A stretch of DNA of 64,000 bases from Deinococcales bacterium (GCA_043778225.1 JAYWGM010000101.1:32001-96000); one strand, 5' to 3'. Counted from the stretch's first letter, positions 37,452 to 47,806 are shown. Numbers and translations: made by a program. Notes: a model not told the origin generated them from the sequence alone.

Positions 37452-39416
37452 ATGAAACTGATGTTGGATACTCAAGATTTCGACACCTCGGGCAATCGTA
37501 CTGGCGCAACCTGTCACTGGAAATGCGGCGACGCTTGCGCCACCCCAGTGCTGAACCAATCCGAAAATATCTACAGCCGCGACATCATCGAACAAGCCAT
37601 TGACCGCCGCAGCATCTTAAAAGGTGGCTTTGCTTCGCTGATGATGCTGTCCGGAGCCTCGAGCCTGCTGCCAGCCGCCGCCCAAGGTGGCAATCTGGGT
37701 TTTAGCCCAATTAAGTTGTCCACCGAAGACCGCACCATTTTGCCGCAGGGTTACGAAGCCAATGTCGTGATTCGTTGGGGCGACCCAATCAGCCGTGGTG
37801 CAAAGCGTTTTGATGTGAACAATTTCGATGCCAAAACCCAAGAAAATAGCTTTGGTTACAACTGCGATTATGTCTCATTTTTGCCCTTGCCGGGCTACCA
37901 GACCAAGCGCTCAAACCAAGCCCTTTTGTGGACCAACCACGAGTACACCAATCCAGAACTGATGTTCCGTGGTTATGCGGCTGGCAAAGCGACCAAAGAA
38001 CAAGTGGATGTTGAATTGGCAGCCCACGGTGGCACAGTGGTTCAGGTTTTCCGCGATACTTCGGGCAACATCGAATACCTGCCAGTCTCGAGGTACAACC
38101 GCCGTATTACCGCCAATACCCCAATGGAAATTACGGGTCCTGCGGCTGGACATCCCTTGTTGCAAACCCGTGCCGACCCAACTGGCAAGCGTGTTTTGGG
38201 AATGCTCAATAACTGCGCTGGTGGTACAACCCCGTGGGGAACTATTTTAACTGCCGAAGAAAACTTTAACCAATACTTTGCTTACAACAACAACGTCAAG
38301 GATGCCTCCATCAAAGCCTTACACGCCCGTTATGGTGTGACGGGCGGCGCATCTGGGCGCGTTTGGGAAAATCATTACGAGCGCTTTAACTTAGAAGCCA
38401 ACCCGAACGAGCCATTTCGCTTTGGCTATATTGTCGAGATTGACCCTTACGACCCAAACATGACCCCAAAAAAGCGCACTGCTTTGGGGCGCTTTAAGCA
38501 CGAAGGCGCAGAATCCAGCCTTGCCAATGATGGTCGTGTGGTGATGTACTCGGGCGACGACGAACGCTTTGACTATATGTACAAGTTTGTCACCAAGGGT
38601 AAATTTAATCCCACCAACCGCGCTGCTAATCTGGATTTGCTCGACGAGGGTACGCTTTATGTGGCTCGAGTCAACGCTGACGGTACAGGCGAATGGATGC
38701 CGCTCGTCGTGGGCAATGGCAAACTGACTGCCGAGAATGGTTTTGCAACCCAAGCCGACATCTGCATTAAAACCCGCCAAGCGGCTGATTTACTTGGTGC
38801 GACCAAAATGGATAGACCAGAAGATTTCGAGCGCAACCCTGTGACTGGCGCGGTTTACTGCGTGCTGACCAATAACTCCAACCGCACTGCTGCCCAGATT
38901 GATGCTGCCAATCCTCGAGCCAGCAACCGCGATGGTCATATCATCGAGCTTCTCGAAGACGGCAACGATGCCGCCGCCACCAAATTTAAGTGGAGCATCT
39001 TTTTGGTTTGCGGTAATCCAAGCGACCCAACCACCTTTTTTGCTGGTTTCCCCAAAGACAAGGTTTCGCCAGTCGGCACACCGGATAACATTTCCTTTGA
39101 CAACAAAGGCAATATGTGGATTGCCACCGACGGTATGGAAAACAGCAACGTTAAAGCCCACGACGGCGTTTTTGCAGTCCCTACCACAGGCGCAAACCGT
39201 GGTCAGGTTCAACAATTTATGAGTACCGTCAAGGGTGCAGAAGTCTGCGGACCGATTTTTACCCCAGACAACCGCAATTTCTTTGCTGCAATTCAACACC
39301 CCGGCGAAGGCGGCACTGTCGATAAGCCAGTCTCCTTATTCCCAGACGGCGTTGGTGTACCACGTCCAAGTGTGATGTCGATCAAGAAAACCGATGGCGG
39401 TATCATCGGTACATAA
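37452..39416 (+). CDS. phoX: PhoX family alkaline phosphatase (Tat-exported)
   Basis: DRRSILKG Tat motif, NHEY, NCAGGTTPWGT.LT.EEN, LGRFKHE, MDRPED, PDN, IQHPG. Confidence 0.95.
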   Translation: MKLMLDTQDFDTSGNRTGATCHWKCGDACATPVLNQSENIYSRDIIEQAIDRRSILKGGFASLMMLSGASSLLPAAAQGGNLGFSPIKLSTEDRTILPQGYEANVVIRWGDPISRGAKRFDVNNFDAKTQENSFGYNCDYVSFLPLPGYQTKRSNQALLWTNHEYTNPELMFRGYAAGKATKEQVDVELAAHGGTVVQVFRDTSGNIEYLPVSRYNRRITANTPMEITGPAAGHPLLQTRADPTGKRVLGMLNNCAGGTTPWGTILTAEENFNQYFAYNNNVKDASIKALHARYGVTGGASGRVWENHYERFNLEANPNEPFRFGYIVEIDPYDPNMTPKKRTALGRFKHEGAESSLANDGRVVMYSGDDERFDYMYKFVTKGKFNPTNRAANLDLLDEGTLYVARVNADGTGEWMPLVVGNGKLTAENGFATQADICIKTRQAADLLGATKMDRPEDFERNPVTGAVYCVLTNNSNRTAAQIDAANPRASNRDGHIIELLEDGNDAAATKFKWSIFLVCGNPSDPTTFFAGFPKDKVSPVGTPDNISFDNKGNMWIATDGMENSNVKAHDGVFAVPTTGANRGQVQQFMSTVKGAEVCGPIFTPDNRNFFAAIQHPGEGGTVDKPVSLFPDGVGVPRPSVMSIKKTDGGIIGT

Positions 39417-39420
39417 ACAT

Positions 39421-39458
39421 AAAAAACTCGAGGCTGCGATACTAGCCTCGAGTTTTTT
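39421..39458. terminator. Bidirectional intrinsic terminator with CTCGAG in both arms
   Basis: AAAAAACTCGAGGCT-loop-AGCCTCGAGTTTTTT between convergent phoX and mdh. Confidence 0.85.
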
Positions 39459-39463
39459 CATTT

Positions 39464-39489
39464 GTAGGGGAGACCCTTGTGGTCTCCCT
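39464..39489 (+). repeat. GTAG-type REP-like element
   Basis: GTAGGGG-AGACC-CTTGT-GGTCT-CCCT. Confidence 0.7.
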
Positions 39490-39511
39490 GTTCTTATCTA
39501 ACGGACGTTAT

Positions 39512-40489
39512 TTAGAGTAGCCCTAGTTCTTGCACGGCTTGGCGTTCTTCCTCGAGTTCTGCCGCCGTGGCATCCATTTTTGCACGGCTAAAATCGTTAA
39601 TCTCGAGTCCTTGAATGATGCTGTATGCCCCATCTTTACAAGTCACTGGAAAGCTGTAAATTAAGCCTTCGGGGATGCCATAACTGCCATCGGATGGAAT
39701 GCCCATACTTGTCCAAGCCGAACCCAATGCCCAATCGTGCATATGGTCTATGGCGGCATTGGCAGCACTGGCAGCGCTCGATAAACCACGGGCTTCGATA
39801 ATGGCAGCGCCGCGCTTAGCCACCGTTGGAATAAACGTAGCCTCGAGCCACGCTTGGTCGTTGACCAATTCGGCGGCATTTTTGCCAGCCACCGTGGCAT
39901 GGAAAATATCTGGGTATTGGGTACTCGAGTGATTGCCCCAGATGGTTAGTTTTTCGATGCTCGAGACTGGCGAATTGGTTTTAGCAGCCAGTTGCGACAG
40001 CGCCCGATTGTGGTCTAAACGGGTCATGGCAGTAAATTGCTTTGGGTCGAGTTTTGGCGCGTGGCTTTGGGCAATTAAAGCATTGGTGTTGGCTGGATTA
40101 CCGACCACCAGCACTTTTACGTCTCGAGCCGCAACTTCGGACAGGGCATGACCTTGGGGCTTAAAAATACCGCCATTGGCTGCCAACAGGTCGCCGCGTT
40201 CCATGCCTTGTTTGCGTGGCATTGCACCAACCAACAGTGCGTAGTTCACATCGGCGAAAGCAACCATGGGGTCGTCGGATGCCACCATGCCGTAAAGCAG
40301 TGGAAAAGCACAATCCTCGAGTTCCATCATCACGCCCTGCAAGGCTTTTAAGGCGGGGGTAATCTCGAGCAAGTGCAAAATAACCGGCTGGTCTTTGCCA
40401 AGCATTTCGCCACTGGCAATCCGAAAAAGTAAACTATAGCCAATTTGACCAGCCGCACCAGTAATCGCAACACGAACAGGAGCTTTCAT
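39512..40489 (-). CDS. mdh: Malate dehydrogenase
   Basis: [52 protein letters not shown]. Confidence 0.98.
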   Translation of the reverse strand: MKAPVRVAITGAAGQIGYSLLFRIASGEMLGKDQPVILHLLEITPALKALQGVMMELEDCAFPLLYGMVASDDPMVAFADVNYALLVGAMPRKQGMERGDLLAANGGIFKPQGHALSEVAARDVKVLVVGNPANTNALIAQSHAPKLDPKQFTAMTRLDHNRALSQLAAKTNSPVSSIEKLTIWGNHSSTQYPDIFHATVAGKNAAELVNDQAWLEATFIPTVAKRGAAIIEARGLSSAASAANAAIDHMHDWALGSAWTSMGIPSDGSYGIPEGLIYSFPVTCKDGAYSIIQGLEINDFSRAKMDATAAELEEERQAVQELGLL

Positions 40490-40677
40490 AAATTCCTCCA
40501 AAAGCGCTCGAGTCTGCTCGAGTCGCCAACAGTAACGCCTCATCATAATCTGTTCGGTGCAGCAAATGCCCTTCCTCAGCTTGGCTTCAATTACTGACCA
40601 GACCAGTTTCAAGTCGTTTGGATAATCTTCTGGCATCGGTTGGAAAGAACCTACTCGAGTTACAAAGGAGAAAAATC

Positions 40678-41163
40678 ATGAAAAAACTATTGACTCAGGT
40701 ACTGCTCGCAACATTAGGCTTAACCCTTGTGACCACCCAAGCCCAACAAAGTACAGTTAGTGCTGAGGAGTATTACAACACGGCTCGCACCTTGGCAGCC
40801 CAAGCAGAAATTGCTTACCCAGTGCCTTTTATTGATTTGCCACTCTGGAATGATGCGGTCAATAATGCTGCTGCCGCCGTTGACCTCGAGCCGACACAGT
40901 TACCTTATTTGCGTTACCTTGGCGAATTATTTACCACAACCCAATGGTGGTCTGAAGGCTACGATGTTTGGAAATTGTACGAAGCCAAAGGCGCATTGGA
41001 CTCAGAAGCCCTAAGCTGGGCAGCCAGAACAGGTGCGAAAATGGGCTACTTGCGTTTACAACGCAACCTCAAACAAGAAGCAATTCCTTACCTGATGGAT
41101 TCGTTGCGCTGGAAAGACGATCCCGTTGTTCGCGCCATGTTGAAACGCGCTCAAGTTAAATAA
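40678..41163 (+). CDS. Hypothetical secreted helical (TPR-like) protein
   Basis: AAGGAG RBS, signal peptide, helical composition. Confidence 0.7.
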   Translation: MKKLLTQVLLATLGLTLVTTQAQQSTVSAEEYYNTARTLAAQAEIAYPVPFIDLPLWNDAVNNAAAAVDLEPTQLPYLRYLGELFTTTQWWSEGYDVWKLYEAKGALDSEALSWAARTGAKMGYLRLQRNLKQEAIPYLMDSLRWKDDPVVRAMLKRAQVK

Positions 41164-41225
41164 GCACTCATGGCTCGAGATTTACCCTCATCCTCCTGAG
41201 GGTAATTTTTATGTCTGTGTGCGAA

Positions 41226-41294
41226 GTGGAGTGATACATAGACACGACCTGTGGAGTAATACATAGACACGACCTGTGGAGTAATACATAGACA
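41226..41294. repeat. 25-bp tandem repeat (about 2.8 copies), intergenic
   Basis: GTGGAGTRATACATAGACACGACCT at 41226 and 41251, partial copy at 41276. Confidence 0.92.
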
Positions 41295-41322
41295 AAATTC
41301 AATTTCTGTGAAAAGGTAACGG

Positions 41323-42909
41323 ATGCAAAGTAGATTTATTTGGGTGGTTGCGGTATTGCTTTTGGCAATGACAGCACTGGCAGCAAAAACAGGCGATACA
41401 AAATGGTCGCTGGTTAGTGCGGCTTCAAATTCGCCAACCGTCGGCTCGGACGGCACAATTTACTTTGGTGGCAACGACCAAAACTTTTATGCGGTTTCGG
41501 CAAATGGTCTGGTCAAATGGAAATTTTTGGTCGGTGGAATTGTTAAATCAAGCGCTGCAATTGGCAACGATGGCACAATTTACTTTGGTTCGTACAACAA
41601 GTCTTTTTATGCCCTAAACCCAAACGGGACACTGAAATGGACTTTTGCTTCGGGCGGCGATATTTACTCGAGTCCAGCTTTAGCCCAAGATGGCACAATT
41701 TACTTTGGTAACAGCAAAGGTTCTTTTTTTGCCTTAAATCCAAGTGGGCAGCCAAAATGGGAATTCAGAATCGGGCAGTCTATTTTTTCATCACCCGCAA
41801 TTGGTTCAGATGGCACAATTTATATTGGCGCACACGATAAAGCCCTGCACGCGCTTAACCCCGATGGCACAGAGCGCTGGAAATTTCCAACCGGCAGCTT
41901 TTTATTTTCCTCGCCCGCGATTGGCAGCGATGGCACGATTTACATTGGCTCGAGCGATTCTTTTTTATATGCGGTTTTGCCCGACGGTACAGAGCGCTGG
42001 AAGTACAAAACTGGTTTTTATGTCCTCTCGAGTCCAGTGATTGCTGCCGATGGCACAATTTATGTCGGTTCGCACGACAAAAAACTTCATGCGATTAACG
42101 CTGATGGCAGCCCAGCTTGGACTTTTCAAGCCGATGGTTATATTTCGTCTGTGCCAGCTTTGGCGGCTGATGGCACAATTTACTTTGGTTCTTTTGATAA
42201 CTATTTTTATGCCGTCGGCGCAACTGGGCAGTTACTTTGGAAGAAGAACTTGGGTAAACGAATAGATGCCTCGCCAGTGATTGCCAAAGATGGCACAGTC
42301 TATATTTCGGATTTGGCGGGTACTGTCTATGCGCTACAAGGCTCGGCGGGTTGGGCAATTGCACCTTGGGGACGTTTTAAGGGCAGTAACCTTGGGCTAG
42401 GACGGGCGTTAAGCCCTACCCAACTCGAGGCACTGTTGGCACTCGAGACCACACCGAGCCAGACCGCCACACCGGTCGTCATCGCCCCAGTGCCAGTCTC
42501 GAGACCCGCAACTCCACCAGTCTCGAGTAACCCTATAGTCCCAGTCTCGAGCCAAGTGAACACCAGTTCGTTGGCAGCCAAAGCAATTTTGGTGGATGGC
42601 ACAATTATGTTGCCAGTCCGCGAATTGGCGGCTTTGGTTGGCGCACAAGTGACCCGTTTTGAAGCTGGCACTGCCACGATTCAACGGCGCTCTGCCAGCA
42701 TCAGTTTAACCCTTGGCAAAGCTGGAACTGGCTATCGTGCGCCGATTTTATACACTGGCAAAATGTATGTCCCTTTACGAGCCTTAAATGGTTTAGCTGG
42801 GGTCAGCATTGCGTGGGATGCGACCGCAAAAAGTGTGCTGGTTTCGGTCGAAGGTCTGGTGACACAGATTAAATTAGATTTGGCAAAATTACCAAAAGTT
42901 AAACCATAA
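41323..42909 (+). CDS. PQQ-like beta-propeller protein with Pro-rich linker and C-terminal stalk (copper amine oxidase N-terminal-like) domain
   Basis: Eight SSPAIG.DGTIY.GS repeats; DGTIMLPVRELA, MYVPLRAL, IAWDA. Confidence 0.88.
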   Translation: MQSRFIWVVAVLLLAMTALAAKTGDTKWSLVSAASNSPTVGSDGTIYFGGNDQNFYAVSANGLVKWKFLVGGIVKSSAAIGNDGTIYFGSYNKSFYALNPNGTLKWTFASGGDIYSSPALAQDGTIYFGNSKGSFFALNPSGQPKWEFRIGQSIFSSPAIGSDGTIYIGAHDKALHALNPDGTERWKFPTGSFLFSSPAIGSDGTIYIGSSDSFLYAVLPDGTERWKYKTGFYVLSSPVIAADGTIYVGSHDKKLHAINADGSPAWTFQADGYISSVPALAADGTIYFGSFDNYFYAVGATGQLLWKKNLGKRIDASPVIAKDGTVYISDLAGTVYALQGSAGWAIAPWGRFKGSNLGLGRALSPTQLEALLALETTPSQTATPVVIAPVPVSRPATPPVSSNPIVPVSSQVNTSSLAAKAILVDGTIMLPVRELAALVGAQVTRFEAGTATIQRRSASISLTLGKAGTGYRAPILYTGKMYVPLRALNGLAGVSIAWDATAKSVLVSVEGLVTQIKLDLAKLPKVKP

Positions 42910-42935
42910 ACCTCGAGTCCAAATCATTGATTTTT

Positions 42936-42961
42936 GTAGGGGTGATGCTTGTCATCACCCT
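42936..42961 (+). repeat. GTAG-type REP-like element
   Basis: GTAGGGG-TGATG-CTTGT-CATCA-CCCT. Confidence 0.7.
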
Positions 42962-43175
42962 GCTTTCAGCGACAGAAATTATTTATGCAAAAGGTCTAAT
43001 CTCGAGTCATTCAGCTAAAATTCAGCTTTGGTTTAAGTTAAGTTGCACCCACCAAGTTTAGAGTGGTTCTCGAGGATATTCAGGGCTTTGGCGCTGGCTT
43101 GACTTCGGGAGCGTTTTTTAACTCGAGTTAGGATTTTTTTCTTGGCTCGAGTCAAAAAACGGGTAAAGGTGCAAC

Positions 43176-43787
43176 ATGAAAACTTCAGAACAACGTATTT
43201 CGACCACTTTATTAAAAAGCCGCTATATTGTTTTGTTAGCGGTTGGCACGTTGTATTTGCTGTCCATGACTTTATTCGGTTATGCGACCATTAAAACGGC
43301 GGTGATGTTGCCGGGTTTGCTGGCAAAATTTACCTCGAGCAGTTCTAAATCTTTAATGCTTTTTGCGGTCGAAACCGCTGATTTATTTTTGGTGGCGGTG
43401 GTTTTATTTGTGACTGCCGCAGGGTTGTATGCGCTTTTTATGGGTAGACAAGCCAAAGCCGGCGATGCGGCGGTCACCCGTTGGCTCGAGGTCGAAACAC
43501 TGGACGACTTAAAACAAAACTTGATTGGCGTGGTTGTGGTGGCAATGGCGGTGCTGTTTTTAGGGGTTTTTATCCGCGATGACCCAGACCATAATTTACT
43601 CGAGATTGGCGGTGGAGTTGGGGCGGTGATTGCGGCTTTGGGTTGGTATGTCTCACAAAAATCCAGAGCCAAGGAATCGGATGCCAAGGTCAGCGAAATT
43701 AAAGTCAGCGAGACCAAAGTTAGCCAAGAAGAAAGCCAAGCGGCGGCAGAAACACTGGTTAAATTCAGCGAATCGCTGAAACCATAA
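43176..43787 (+). CDS. YqhA (UPF0114) family membrane protein
   Basis: SRYIVLLAV, D.FLVAVVL, GLYALF, WLEVETLDDLKQNL. Confidence 0.85.
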   Translation: MKTSEQRISTTLLKSRYIVLLAVGTLYLLSMTLFGYATIKTAVMLPGLLAKFTSSSSKSLMLFAVETADLFLVAVVLFVTAAGLYALFMGRQAKAGDAAVTRWLEVETLDDLKQNLIGVVVVAMAVLFLGVFIRDDPDHNLLEIGGGVGAVIAALGWYVSQKSRAKESDAKVSEIKVSETKVSQEESQAAAETLVKFSESLKP

Positions 43788-43853
43788 AAATGTAAAGACT
43801 TGCTTATATTTCAAAGAAGTGTAGAGTACGACTATGAACTTTATCGGAAATTT

Positions 43854-44216
43854 GTGAGTCAATACCGCGTTCTGGTGATTGACGATGAACCAAGAATGCG
43901 TAGCCTGATGCAGCGTGGGCTTGGTTTGGCTGGATTTCAGGTACAGACGGCTGACAATGGTGAGCTAGGTTTATTGGCAGTGACCCAAAACCCGCCAGAT
44001 GTAGTGCTGCTCGACCTGATGATGCCGGGGGTATTCGATGGATTTGCGACCCTCGAGCAACTCTTAAAACTCGAGCCACGCCCAAAAGTAATTGTTGTCT
44101 CGGGCAGAGACGAACTCGAGGACAGACAAAGGGCAAAGGTGGCGGATGGTTTTTTGGTCAAACCTGTGGCATTTGATTTTTTGGTGGAAACGATTCATAA
44201 AGTTATTCGGGCGTAA
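43854..44216 (+). CDS. Single-domain response regulator
   Basis: VLVIDDE, LLDLMMP, VSG, LVKP; no output domain. Confidence 0.88.
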   Translation: MSQYRVLVIDDEPRMRSLMQRGLGLAGFQVQTADNGELGLLAVTQNPPDVVLLDLMMPGVFDGFATLEQLLKLEPRPKVIVVSGRDELEDRQRAKVADGFLVKPVAFDFLVETIHKVIRA

Positions 44217-44227
44217 GAAGGAGTACC

Positions 44228-47200
44228 GTGATAAAGCCCAAACCAAAAGAATTACCTGTCGTGGTTGGCATCGGCGCTTCGGCTGGCGGTCTCGAGGCAT
44301 TCTCGAAACTCTTAAAGGCGCTTAAACCAGACACGGGCATGGCTTTTGTTTTGCTGCAACACCTCGAGCGCAGTCACGATAGCTTGCTGAGCGAATTATT
44401 GGCACGCACCACCAGCATGAAGGTTATCGAAATTATAGATGGCATCAGCCTTTTCGCCAATTGTGTTTATGTCATTCCACCCAATGTTAGCGTGGTCATG
44501 AAGCGCGGTGTTTTACGGCTTTTGCCGCGTCCTGCGGGGCGAGAATTACACCAGCCCATCAATGAATTTTTTAGTTCGCTGTCTCAGGCACGGCTGCATC
44601 AGGCAATTGGTGTGGTCTTGTCCGGCACAGCTTCGGATGGCACAGTTGGCTTAGAAGCGATTAAAGCCGCCGGCGGAATCACTTTTGCCCAGCGTCCAGA
44701 GTCGGCACGTTCGCCAGCCATGCCGCGCAGTGCCATCAAAGCTGGTGTGGTGGATTTTGTGCTGTCGCCCGAAGAGATTGCCGCCAAGTTGGTCAGTTTA
44801 GCCCAAGACCCATACTTAGGAAAAGCCAACAAGCGTCAGGCTCGAGCCAAACCAAGTGCGGCAGCCAGCAGCGATGATGGCTTTGAAGCGATTTTACATT
44901 TACTCCAAGATGCCAAAGACGTGGATTTTTCTTTGTACCGCTCAACCACAATTGGGCGGCGAATAAGGCGGCGGATGCTGCTCGATTCGATGACTTCAAC
45001 CACACGCTATATCGAACATCTACGCAGTCAGCCAGCCGCGCTCGAGTTGCTGTATCAAGATTTGCTGATTGGTGTGACCAGTTTTTTTCGTGATGCCCAT
45101 GTTTTTGAATGCCTACAAAAAACAGTTTTCCCCGAACTGCTTAAAGACCGTGCCGCCGATGATGTGCTGCGAATCTGGGTCAGTGGTTGCTCGACCGGAC
45201 AAGAAGCCTATTCTTTGGGGATGGCGTACTTGGAATGTATGGCACTTGCCAAAGTCAATATCCCACTGCAAATTTTTGCCACCGACTTAAACGCCCCAAT
45301 GCTCGAGAAAGCCCGTGCGGGTTGGTACTCGGCTGCCAGCATGGAGAATGTTTCGCCCGAGCGCCGCAAACGTTTTTTTAGCGAAGAAAAAGATGGTTGG
45401 CGCATCAGCGAAGCGGTGCGTGAAAAAATAATCTTTTCAAAACAAAATGTTTTTGCCGACCCGCCTTTTTCGCGTATGGACTTGGTTACTTGCCGAAATT
45501 TACTGATTTACCTCGAGCCAGCCCTGCAAAGCCGTGTCATTCCAACCCTGCACTATGCCTTAAAACCGCAGGGTGTCTTGCTGCTTGGCGCTTCGGAAAC
45601 GGTTGGGCGCTTTGAGGATTTATTTGGCGTGCTTGACCAGTCTTGCCGGTTTTATAGTAAGCGCTTGGTCAGCAGCCGAATTCCAAAACTCGAGGGGCGA
45701 ATTGTCAAATCGGTGGTCAGTAAACAAGAACCCACCGCCTCGGTGGTCAGTGCCAGTACAGTACAAACAGGGCGCGAGGTAGACCATTTGCTGCTTTTGC
45801 GCTATGCCCCAAGCAGTGTCGTGGTCAACGATGCGCTCGAGGTGGTGCAGTTTCGTGGCTCGACCAGTCAATTTTTAGAAGCCCCGAGCGGTAAAGCCAC
45901 TTTTAATTTGCTCAAGATGGCACGTGAAGGCTTAATGTTGCCATTGCGGCGTTTGACCGACCAAGCCCGCCAAGAAAATCGGGTCGTGCGCCTCGAGCAT
46001 CTGCGCTATTCGTACAACGGTGCAGTGGTTGCGATCAATCTCGAGGTTCAGCCCTTAAAACAACCCGGTTGTCTGTTGGTGCTGTTCGAGGTCTTGCCAG
46101 AATTACCAGCCGCCCAGCCGACTGCCGAGCCACAAACCCAGACCCGCCAACTCGAGGACTTGAACCGCGAATTATTAGAGTCCCGCGAATATGTGCGCTT
46201 TATCCAGCGCCAAAACGAAGACGAAAACGAACAGTTCCAAGCTGCCAATGCCGAAATGCAATCCTCGGGCGAAGAATTACAAAGCCTCAACGAAGAACTC
46301 GAGACCGCCAAAGAAGAACTCGAGTCCACCAACGAAGAAATCCAAACCTTAAACCAAGAACTGACGGTGCGGAACGCCGAATTGTTGCGCTTAAATACGG
46401 TCTTGACCAATTTCCAAAGCAGTGCCGAATTGGCAATTGTGGCGGTCAGCTTGGACTTAGAAGTGCAACGTTTTACCCCACAAGCCGAACGTACTTTGGG
46501 TTTACGCAACACTGACCTTGGGCAGCCGATTGGTCGGCTGAGCCATTTATTAAATTTACCCGATTTAGAAGAACTTGTTTTGACGGTTATTACTCAAGAA
46601 AAACCAACCGACTGCGAAGTTCGTGACCGCGATGGGCGCTGGTTTTTATTGCGGATTCGTCCCTATTACACCCCCGAAAATGATATTGACGGCGCGGTGC
46701 TGGTCTTGTTCGAGATGGATGCCCTAAAAAGAGCCGAACTCGAGCGAGAACGGCTACAACAACAAACCGAAGTTGTTTTTGAAAGCCTTGCCGATGGCTT
46801 ACTTGCCCTCAGTCACGATTGGATGATTACCTATATCAATGCCAACGGCGCACGTTTGGCGAATCGGTCAAAAGAGACCATGCTGGGTCGTAATTATTGG
46901 TCAATTTTTCCAGAAGTGATTGACACCGTTTTTGAGACTGGCTACAGAAAAGCCATGACTGAACGGGTGACGGTAGACCTCGAGGCGTATTATCCTGCGC
47001 TGGCTGCCCAATTTGAGGTTCGGGCTGTGCCAGTCGAGACTGGAATCACGGTTTTTTTTCGCGATGTCACCACACGGCACGAAACCGAAATCTTGGTTGC
47101 CGAAACCAAAGAAAAACTGCGCGTGCTTGCCGAAAGCCAACAGCGTTTTTTAGCCGATGCCGCCCACGAGTTACGCGCTCCGTTGGCGGTCATTCAGGGC

Positions 47201-47806
47201 AACCTTGAGGTGCTTGAACGCTTCCCCGAGATGCCAGCCCCAGACCGTTTAGAAGCCATCAGCGACAGCGCCCGCGAAGCCACACGCCTCGCCCAACTGG
47301 CAAATGATTTACTGGCACTGGCTCGAGGTGACGCTGGCGACGGTCTGCGGCTTGAGCCACTTGAATTAGCGGCACTGGTTTCAGAAACCCTCCTAGGTGC
47401 AACTTATCTGGATATTCAAAACCAACTCGAGTTGGGTACAATCGAGTCGGCTTTGGTTTTAGGCGATGCCAATAAACTTAAACAACTGGTGCTGATTCTG
47501 CTCGATAACGCCATGAAATACTCGCCAGAAGGTGGAAAAGTCAGCCTGAGTTTGCAGCACCAAACCAGCCATGCCGAATTAAGAGTCTCGGACAGTGGTC
47601 AGGGTATTGACGAAGCAGACCTCGAGCGGGTTTTTGAACGTTTTTACCGCACCGATACCTCGCGTTCACGCCAGACCGGCGGCACGGGATTAGGTTTACC
47701 GATTGCCCGTTGGATTAGCGAGCAGCACCACGCTAAACTCTGGCTCGAGAGTCAGGTTGGCGTTGGCACAACTGCCGTGTTGCGTTTACCGCTCATGCCA
47801 GAATAA
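44228..47806 (+). CDS. CheB/CheR fusion with PAS domains and histidine kinase
   Basis: GIGASAGGLEA, VLSGTASDG, VTSFFRD, GCSTGQEAYS, CRNLLIY, EELETAKEELESTNEE, AHELRAPL, DNAMKY, GTGLGL. Confidence 0.95.
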   Translation: MIKPKPKELPVVVGIGASAGGLEAFSKLLKALKPDTGMAFVLLQHLERSHDSLLSELLARTTSMKVIEIIDGISLFANCVYVIPPNVSVVMKRGVLRLLPRPAGRELHQPINEFFSSLSQARLHQAIGVVLSGTASDGTVGLEAIKAAGGITFAQRPESARSPAMPRSAIKAGVVDFVLSPEEIAAKLVSLAQDPYLGKANKRQARAKPSAAASSDDGFEAILHLLQDAKDVDFSLYRSTTIGRRIRRRMLLDSMTSTTRYIEHLRSQPAALELLYQDLLIGVTSFFRDAHVFECLQKTVFPELLKDRAADDVLRIWVSGCSTGQEAYSLGMAYLECMALAKVNIPLQIFATDLNAPMLEKARAGWYSAASMENVSPERRKRFFSEEKDGWRISEAVREKIIFSKQNVFADPPFSRMDLVTCRNLLIYLEPALQSRVIPTLHYALKPQGVLLLGASETVGRFEDLFGVLDQSCRFYSKRLVSSRIPKLEGRIVKSVVSKQEPTASVVSASTVQTGREVDHLLLLRYAPSSVVVNDALEVVQFRGSTSQFLEAPSGKATFNLLKMAREGLMLPLRRLTDQARQENRVVRLEHLRYSYNGAVVAINLEVQPLKQPGCLLVLFEVLPELPAAQPTAEPQTQTRQLEDLNRELLESREYVRFIQRQNEDENEQFQAANAEMQSSGEELQSLNEELETAKEELESTNEEIQTLNQELTVRNAELLRLNTVLTNFQSSAELAIVAVSLDLEVQRFTPQAERTLGLRNTDLGQPIGRLSHLLNLPDLEELVLTVITQEKPTDCEVRDRDGRWFLLRIRPYYTPENDIDGAVLVLFEMDALKRAELERERLQQQTEVVFESLADGLLALSHDWMITYINANGARLANRSKETMLGRNYWSIFPEVIDTVFETGYRKAMTERVTVDLEAYYPALAAQFEVRAVPVETGITVFFRDVTTRHETEILVAETKEKLRVLAESQQRFLADAAHELRAPLAVIQGNLEVLERFPEMPAPDRLEAISDSAREATRLAQLANDLLALARGDAGDGLRLEPLELAALVSETLLGATYLDIQNQLELGTIESALVLGDANKLKQLVLILLDNAMKYSPEGGKVSLSLQHQTSHAELRVSDSGQGIDEADLERVFERFYRTDTSRSRQTGGTGLGLPIARWISEQHHAKLWLESQVGVGTTAVLRLPLMPE

